Below, piece by piece: positions 26,639-30,418 of a stretch of DNA of 30,418 bases (positions within the stretch are counted from its first letter, which is position 1; each line of letters begins with the position of its first letter). The DNA is from a virus (Duplodnaviria; Caudoviricetes): positions 1 through 30,418 of the IMG/VR virus record IMGVR_UViG_3300037991_003814; one strand, 5' to 3'. Position numbers and translations under genes: made by a program. Below the pieces are notes generated by a model. That model did not search any database. It worked only from the letters and a program-made list of their open reading frames with translations, and had not been told where the DNA came from.

Positions 26639-26857
26639 TCACCCATCCCTTCTGCTTTCGTAGGCGTGATCCTCGTAACTCGGCACCCAGATGGTGCCAG
26701 GCACGCACCCACAGCCTTCGCATTCCCAACACGTCTCCGTGCCGCTGCAATCTACGGTGAACACCTCACCAGCCCCGTAGCATTCTGGGCATTCAGGTTT
26801 GTCGTCAACTCGACAGCCATCGACCACCCAGTAACCACCACCATCCCACGTCCTCAT
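26639..26857 (-). CDS. Small zinc-finger protein (DnaJ-like CxxCxGxG repeats)
   Basis: 'CPECYGAG' and 'CWECEGCG'. Confidence 0.7.
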   Translation of the reverse strand: MRTWDGGGYWVVDGCRVDDKPECPECYGAGEVFTVDCSGTETCWECEGCGCVPGTIWVPSYEDHAYESRRDG

Positions 26858-27060
26858 GGCCTAAAGAATTTAGCGATTCCTTTCGCAAGGTCTACGCTGT
26901 CCCACTCACGTTCTCGGTACTTGGTGTACATCTCGCTTTCCCACGAGTAGAAGAGGGCTGTTTTGAGGCTCTGGAGGGCCTGAGCGCCCTTGGGTATGAT
27001 TCGGCCTGTCTCGAAACATTTGGTATCGAATTTGACCGTGATTTCTCGAAACTTGCTCAT
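26854..27060 (-). CDS. Hypothetical protein
   Basis: 68 aa with ATGA overlaps on both sides. Confidence 0.7.
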   Translation of the reverse strand: MSKFREITVKFDTKCFETGRIIPKGAQALQSLKTALFYSWESEMYTKYREREWDSVDLAKGIAKFFRP

Positions 27061-27413
27061 GACGTGCAGATTGCCTCAATTTTGAGCATGAACGCATCGA
27101 TCTGCTCGTCGGTGTGGGTGTCGGGGTGGGTGCATTCGCGGGCGAATCGAATGACGCCGTCAATTGTACGCAGCGTACAGAGCATGCGGCCCGTGCCATG
27201 GCGATCCCATGGAATGAGAAAGGTGTTGTACTGCTCTTCCTCGCCGTTGTCCTCGGTGCTGTTTGGCAAAAACACGGTCAAGCCGTCAATCATGACTTCC
27301 TTCGCTGTAGCGTTGCTGTAGGCGAAGCACTCAGGCTCGAACCCTGCTGCCTCTAAGGCTTCAACTGCTGCTGTCTCGATCGCGTTGTATCGATAGTTTG
27401 TGATCATCTTCAT
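27057..27413 (-). CDS. Hypothetical protein
   Basis: 118 aa, operon-packed. Confidence 0.7.
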   Translation of the reverse strand: MKMITNYRYNAIETAAVEALEAAGFEPECFAYSNATAKEVMIDGLTVFLPNSTEDNGEEEQYNTFLIPWDRHGTGRMLCTLRTIDGVIRFARECTHPDTHTDEQIDAFMLKIEAICTS

Positions 27414-27431
27414 AGCTCTAAAAACTGAGGG

Positions 27432-27701
27432 TTACCACGCGGTGACGTTGCGCTCACCAAAGTACGATTCCACTCGATCATAAATGTGGTGCGCACCTTC
27501 AAATTCACAACTAAGCCAGTAGGTGCCTTGCCCGTCATCTTGAAGCCTAATCTGACCATACAAGGACTCAAACTGGCCGGTATAAGGGCATCGCAGGTCG
27601 ATCGTGTTCCATGCGTTGTATAGGTTGTGACGTTGCACCATCTCGCGAATGGCTTTCTTGGCTTCGGCAACTTCTCGTGGGGAAATAATGATATCAATCA
27701 T
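27432..27701 (-). CDS. Hypothetical protein
   Basis: The start is moved to ATG 27701 (MIDIIISPREV), after a poly-A leader. Confidence 0.65.
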   Translation of the reverse strand: MIDIIISPREVAEAKKAIREMVQRHNLYNAWNTIDLRCPYTGQFESLYGQIRLQDDGQGTYWLSCEFEGAHHIYDRVESYFGERNVTAW

Positions 27702-27738
27702 GGTATTTTTTTTTTGGTTCGATTTTTTTTTTTTTTTC

Positions 27739-28107
27739 TCAGCAGGTCTCGACAAGGATCACAGCGTGACCCTTCTCAAGGTGGAACACCTCTGGGAATG
27801 ACCAATTGAGTTGGCTTGTGTGGCCTGCGAAGTCCATGCACACCTCCAGTAGGAGGCAAGACCAATCGTTGAGGTCTTCGCATGGGGCAGAGGGGTTCTC
27901 CCAGAACTTGACTTGGATGCTGTGCTTGGTTTGACTTGCCTTGGCAAAGAGACCAAAACTGTTGCAAGCATGCTCGAGGGCCTCGAGTACTTTGTAATCA
28001 CAAGAACCAAAGACAATATCTTGTTGGTGCTTGGCAAAATCGCGCTGGTCTTTGCGGGCGTCGAATTCGGCTTGAAGTTCAGAAAAAGGACACATGAAAT
28101 AAAACAT
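27739..28107 (-). CDS. Hypothetical protein
   Basis: The start is moved to ATG 28107 (or 28095) because the longer ORF would run through the promoter at 28151-28180. Confidence 0.62.
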   Translation of the reverse strand: MFYFMCPFSELQAEFDARKDQRDFAKHQQDIVFGSCDYKVLEALEHACNSFGLFAKASQTKHSIQVKFWENPSAPCEDLNDWSCLLLEVCMDFAGHTSQLNWSFPEVFHLEKGHAVILVETC

Positions 28108-28150
28108 TAAAGGGTTCTGAATGAGGCCGTCACGGTGACAAGCTTCGATG

Positions 28151-28180
28151 CAAAGATAGACAGGAATGACAACAAAACAA
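28151..28180 (-). promoter_or_regulatory. Bacteroidota housekeeping-sigma promoter (-33/-7)
   Basis: The - strand reads TTG-N19-TATCTTTG, a perfect match to the TTG/TAnnTTTG consensus. Confidence 0.8.
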
Positions 28181-28304
28181 GAGATTGAGAAAAAAATGTT
28201 GATCATTTGCCAGCATCATTCGTAGAGCCTAGGCTACATGGGCTTTTAGACCCCCTTTAACATTCAAAACCCCTGAATCCCATCGGGTTAGTAGGGTTAA
28301 AAAC

Positions 28305-28339
28305 TGGAACCCAGTGGTAGCGCGGGTTTCAGAGGGTCG
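28305..28339. repeat. Copy of the GAAACCC-N11-GGG dyad element (inverted relative to the copy at 30289)
   Basis: The reverse complement of 28310..28339 matches 30289..30318 at 25 of 30 positions. Confidence 0.7.
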
Positions 28340-28502
28340 CAAAGTTCAGATCAGACGCGGCCTATTTTAAAGGCCATACAAGGCGTTCTGCGTTGCTAGG
28401 TATATCAACATACCCGCGAAACGGTGAAAGTCGCTCAGAAGCGCTAAAAATGCGTCTAGCCAGGAAATCGCCCAAATGCATGCGCTGCACACTCCAGCGC
28501 AC

Positions 28503-28525
28503 AAAAAAGGCGCCCGAAGGCGCCT
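28503..28525 (-). terminator. Rho-independent terminator after the GP88-like gene
   Basis: - strand AGGCGCC-TTCG-GGCGCCT followed by a T tract (cUUCGg tetraloop). Confidence 0.88.
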
Positions 28526-28548
28526 ATTCTGCATGTGGTGTGGGTTGG

Positions 28549-29478
28549 TCAGATCTGAACAAAGAACCCGCTAGCTAACGCCTTGCGTTCTCCTTCCACC
28601 GTGGAACGTTTCGCGCGTAGGCCCACGATGTAACCGCCTGCCTTGGGCGCGCCTTCGATTCGGTCCATGAATCGTGCGTCGGTTTTGTCGCCGTCAAATA
28701 CGGGGAACGTCCAGATCTGCTGCCCGTCTGCATCGAGTTCACCGAACGTCGTGGGCAACGTTGCCGCCCGCGCGACCTTGACGCGGCCCGCTGAATTCAG
28801 ATCTGCAAAGGGAACAGCGACAGAATGCCCGTCCTCCATCAGCGCGACTGCATCGGACCAAGTACGCCCGTCCGTCCATGAATACGTCAACGAGTAATTG
28901 GCGGGCCATGTTTGGCGGGCACGTCCCCACACTTTCGTGTAGTCGTAGAAGGAAACGTCAGGGAACGTCTGCAGCACGTCAAGTCCGTCCACCTTGAACG
29001 CGCGCGGGCTGATGTCGGACGTCCCGTTCAAACGGACGGCAAACGCGCGCCCGTTCCTTTCGGCGCGTGCTTTCGCTTTCGCGATCTCGTCGAACAACAA
29101 CACGGCGAAGTGCTTTCGGCTTGCTCCGTACAGACATGTCCGCAAGATGCGCGCGCGGTTGACGCCTTGATCGAAGGAGGCCCGCCCGCTATTCACCAAA
29201 CACGCAGCACGGCAGCCCTCGGACGCGGCTGGGCACGTGTTCACGACGCCTGACATGTCAGACGCGGCCAAATACACGATGAACGTGTCAAGGTTCAACG
29301 TTTCCCCCTTGACGATCTTACTAGACGCGTTAACGCTGCCGAGGTAGCTAGGTGCTTTCTGTCCATGCATGTCGCACACGTACCGAAACGTTTCCTTGAT
29401 ATCTGCGACGTTGTCGAGATCTGTCGCGACGTGCCCCAAGTATTGGCGCAGATCATGTGTAATTGCTGCGGTGTTCAT
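28549..29478 (-). CDS. GP88-family protein (radical-SAM-like Cys cluster)
   Basis: 'NASSKIVK', 'TCPAASEGCRAACL', 'RLNGTSDI', 'FPDVSFYDYTK', 'NYSLTYS', 'DGDKTDARF' and 'IVGLRAK'. Start at MNTAAITHD (29478). Confidence 0.8.
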   Translation of the reverse strand: MNTAAITHDLRQYLGHVATDLDNVADIKETFRYVCDMHGQKAPSYLGSVNASSKIVKGETLNLDTFIVYLAASDMSGVVNTCPAASEGCRAACLVNSGRASFDQGVNRARILRTCLYGASRKHFAVLLFDEIAKAKARAERNGRAFAVRLNGTSDISPRAFKVDGLDVLQTFPDVSFYDYTKVWGRARQTWPANYSLTYSWTDGRTWSDAVALMEDGHSVAVPFADLNSAGRVKVARAATLPTTFGELDADGQQIWTFPVFDGDKTDARFMDRIEGAPKAGGYIVGLRAKRSTVEGERKALASGFFVQI

Positions 29479-29750
29479 ACGTTCCACGTCTTGTAAGTGA
29501 ACACGGCCAAACGACCGACGTGGGCGCAGACCCAAAGACAGCCGAAGACAGAGAGAGAGAATACAAAGACATACGCAGCGGCCAAACGGGCGCCGAAGAC
29601 AGCGCACAAAGGCGCGGCAAAGAACACGCCGAAACCGCAAACGACGACGGCAACGACAGCAAACGCGTCAAAGACGTCTTGAGAGGTAGCCCGCGCGGCT
29701 GAGATGAATTCAGCGCGCTGGCGGGTAGTGTACAAATTTGAATGGGACAT
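29475..29750 (-). CDS. Small membrane protein (2 TM)
   Basis: Two long hydrophobic segments and an ATGA overlap with the GP88-like gene. Confidence 0.65.
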   Translation of the reverse strand: MSHSNLYTTRQRAEFISAARATSQDVFDAFAVVAVVVCGFGVFFAAPLCAVFGARLAAAYVFVFSLSVFGCLWVCAHVGRLAVFTYKTWNV

Positions 29751-29774
29751 GACGTAAGAATTAAGGGTTCAGAA

Positions 29775-30041
29775 TTATTTGACGAAATCGATTTGAACAA
29801 ACGTTGTGCCCTCATTGTCGCGGGCGTGTTCGATGATATCGAGCGAAGGCGAAAGGCGCATGTACTTGTAGCCGTCGCGCTGGCTTGCAAAGGCTGTAGC
29901 GTAGTCCTCGACCGCATCGATTGTGTCGAACGTTAGGCGCTTCCGGTCGTCACCACAGAGGTACGTTGTGAATACAGAGGGACGATCGTTGAGGCTGTCG
30001 AAGACTGAGCGTTCAGCGTTGATGAGTGCGATACAAAACAT
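29775..30041 (-). CDS. Hypothetical protein (first early gene)
   Basis: 88 aa, starting ~45 nt downstream of the promoter candidate at 30086. Confidence 0.62.
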   Translation of the reverse strand: MFCIALINAERSVFDSLNDRPSVFTTYLCGDDRKRLTFDTIDAVEDYATAFASQRDGYKYMRLSPSLDIIEHARDNEGTTFVQIDFVK

Positions 30042-30085
30042 AAAAACAGATATAAAAAGTTGGCGTTTGTCCCTTGCGGACGTGG

Positions 30086-30115
30086 CAAAGATCGTTCAAT
30101 TGTTCGTTCTGTCAA
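30086..30115 (-). promoter_or_regulatory. Bacteroidota-type early promoter candidate
   Basis: The - strand reads TTG-N19-GATCTTTG, one mismatch to TAnnTTTG that creates a GATC. Confidence 0.62.
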
Positions 30116-30148
30116 CACTTGAGGCCAACTATTTGCTGAGAAAGTTTC

Positions 30149-30365
30149 GAAACCCAGCAACGACGGGCCTTTCAGCGGGTCACGAATTCGTGAACGATTC
30201 CAGATCTGAACCCGCGCCGTCCAGATCTTCGGCAGATCTGAACAAAGGCCAACCAAGAAACCCAGCAACCACGGGGCTTTCAGAGCCTCGACCTCCTGAA
30301 ACCCGCGTAAACACTGGGCTTCAAGGCCGCGAAACCGTGAAACCCAGCAACCACGGGGCTTCCAG
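30149..30365. repeat. Cluster of four ~27-bp imperfect dyad repeats (GAAACCCagcaaccacgGGGCTTTC consensus)
   Basis: Copies start at 30149, 30257, 30298 and 30339. The 30257 and 30339 copies share 23 identical bases, and the last three are spaced exactly 41 bp apart. Confidence 0.85.
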
Positions 30366-30418
30366 GGGTGGGGGGTGCGAATCTCATGTTCGAACAGCAA
30401 CAGAAAAACCAACACGAC
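30364..30418. other. Candidate cos/packaging region (continues into positions 1-45)
   Basis: G-rich tracts (GGGGTGGGGGGTG at the end, GGGTGGGGGGGGG near position 27) would lie directly upstream of terS if the window is circular. This is where cos sits in HK97-like phages. Confidence 0.45.

Noticed and set aside
26438-28548. tRNA genes in the intergenic gaps
   Set aside because: I found no cloverleaf with a T-loop GTTCRA and matching acceptor stem by eye.
29479-29640. N-terminal extension of the GP88-like ORF
   Set aside because: This Arg/Cys-rich sequence is an alternate frame of the 2-TM gene. ATG 29478 gives a normal ATGA overlap.
30149-30365. Mini-CRISPR array
   Set aside because: The gaps between the phased repeats are only ~14 bp, the copies are degenerate and irregularly spaced, and there are no cas genes.
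29933-30415. 160-aa ORF on the - strand
   Set aside because: It translates the repeat/promoter region (recurring PW..GF) and overlaps a better gene, so it is probably spurious.

Overview
The window reads as an essentially complete (~30.4 kb, probably circularly joined) genome of a long-tailed HK97-fold dsDNA phage. The host is most likely Bacteroidota: there are TTG-N19-TAnnTTTG promoters, A-rich leaders without Shine-Dalgarno sites, and a cargo protein with a T9SS-type C-terminal signal. The + strand (1-20.8 kb) carries the late genes. These are terS-HNH-terL, portal, a prohead protease with two extra N-terminal modules, capsid, neck genes, two tandem tail-tube paralogues, a G/GT chaperone with a -1 frameshift, tape measure and one large tail-tip protein. 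They are followed by a secreted pappalysin-type (M43) metalloprotease and a lysis cassette interrupted by an adenine MTase. The - strand (20.7-30.1 kb) carries early and replication genes. These include a GP88-like protein, an initiator, an SF4 helicase, an SSB-like protein, a metallophosphoesterase, and a C5-MTase whose motif IX and TRD-like repeats sit in a nested +1-frame ORF. I saw no integrase, DNA polymerase, tRNA, CRISPR array or reverse transcriptase. The most notable items are the phage-encoded putative T9SS-cargo protease, the two-frame methyltransferase, the repeat- and CAGATCTG-studded early cassette next to the presumed packaging end, and strong CCGG avoidance. All family assignments come from motif recognition by eye, not database searches.
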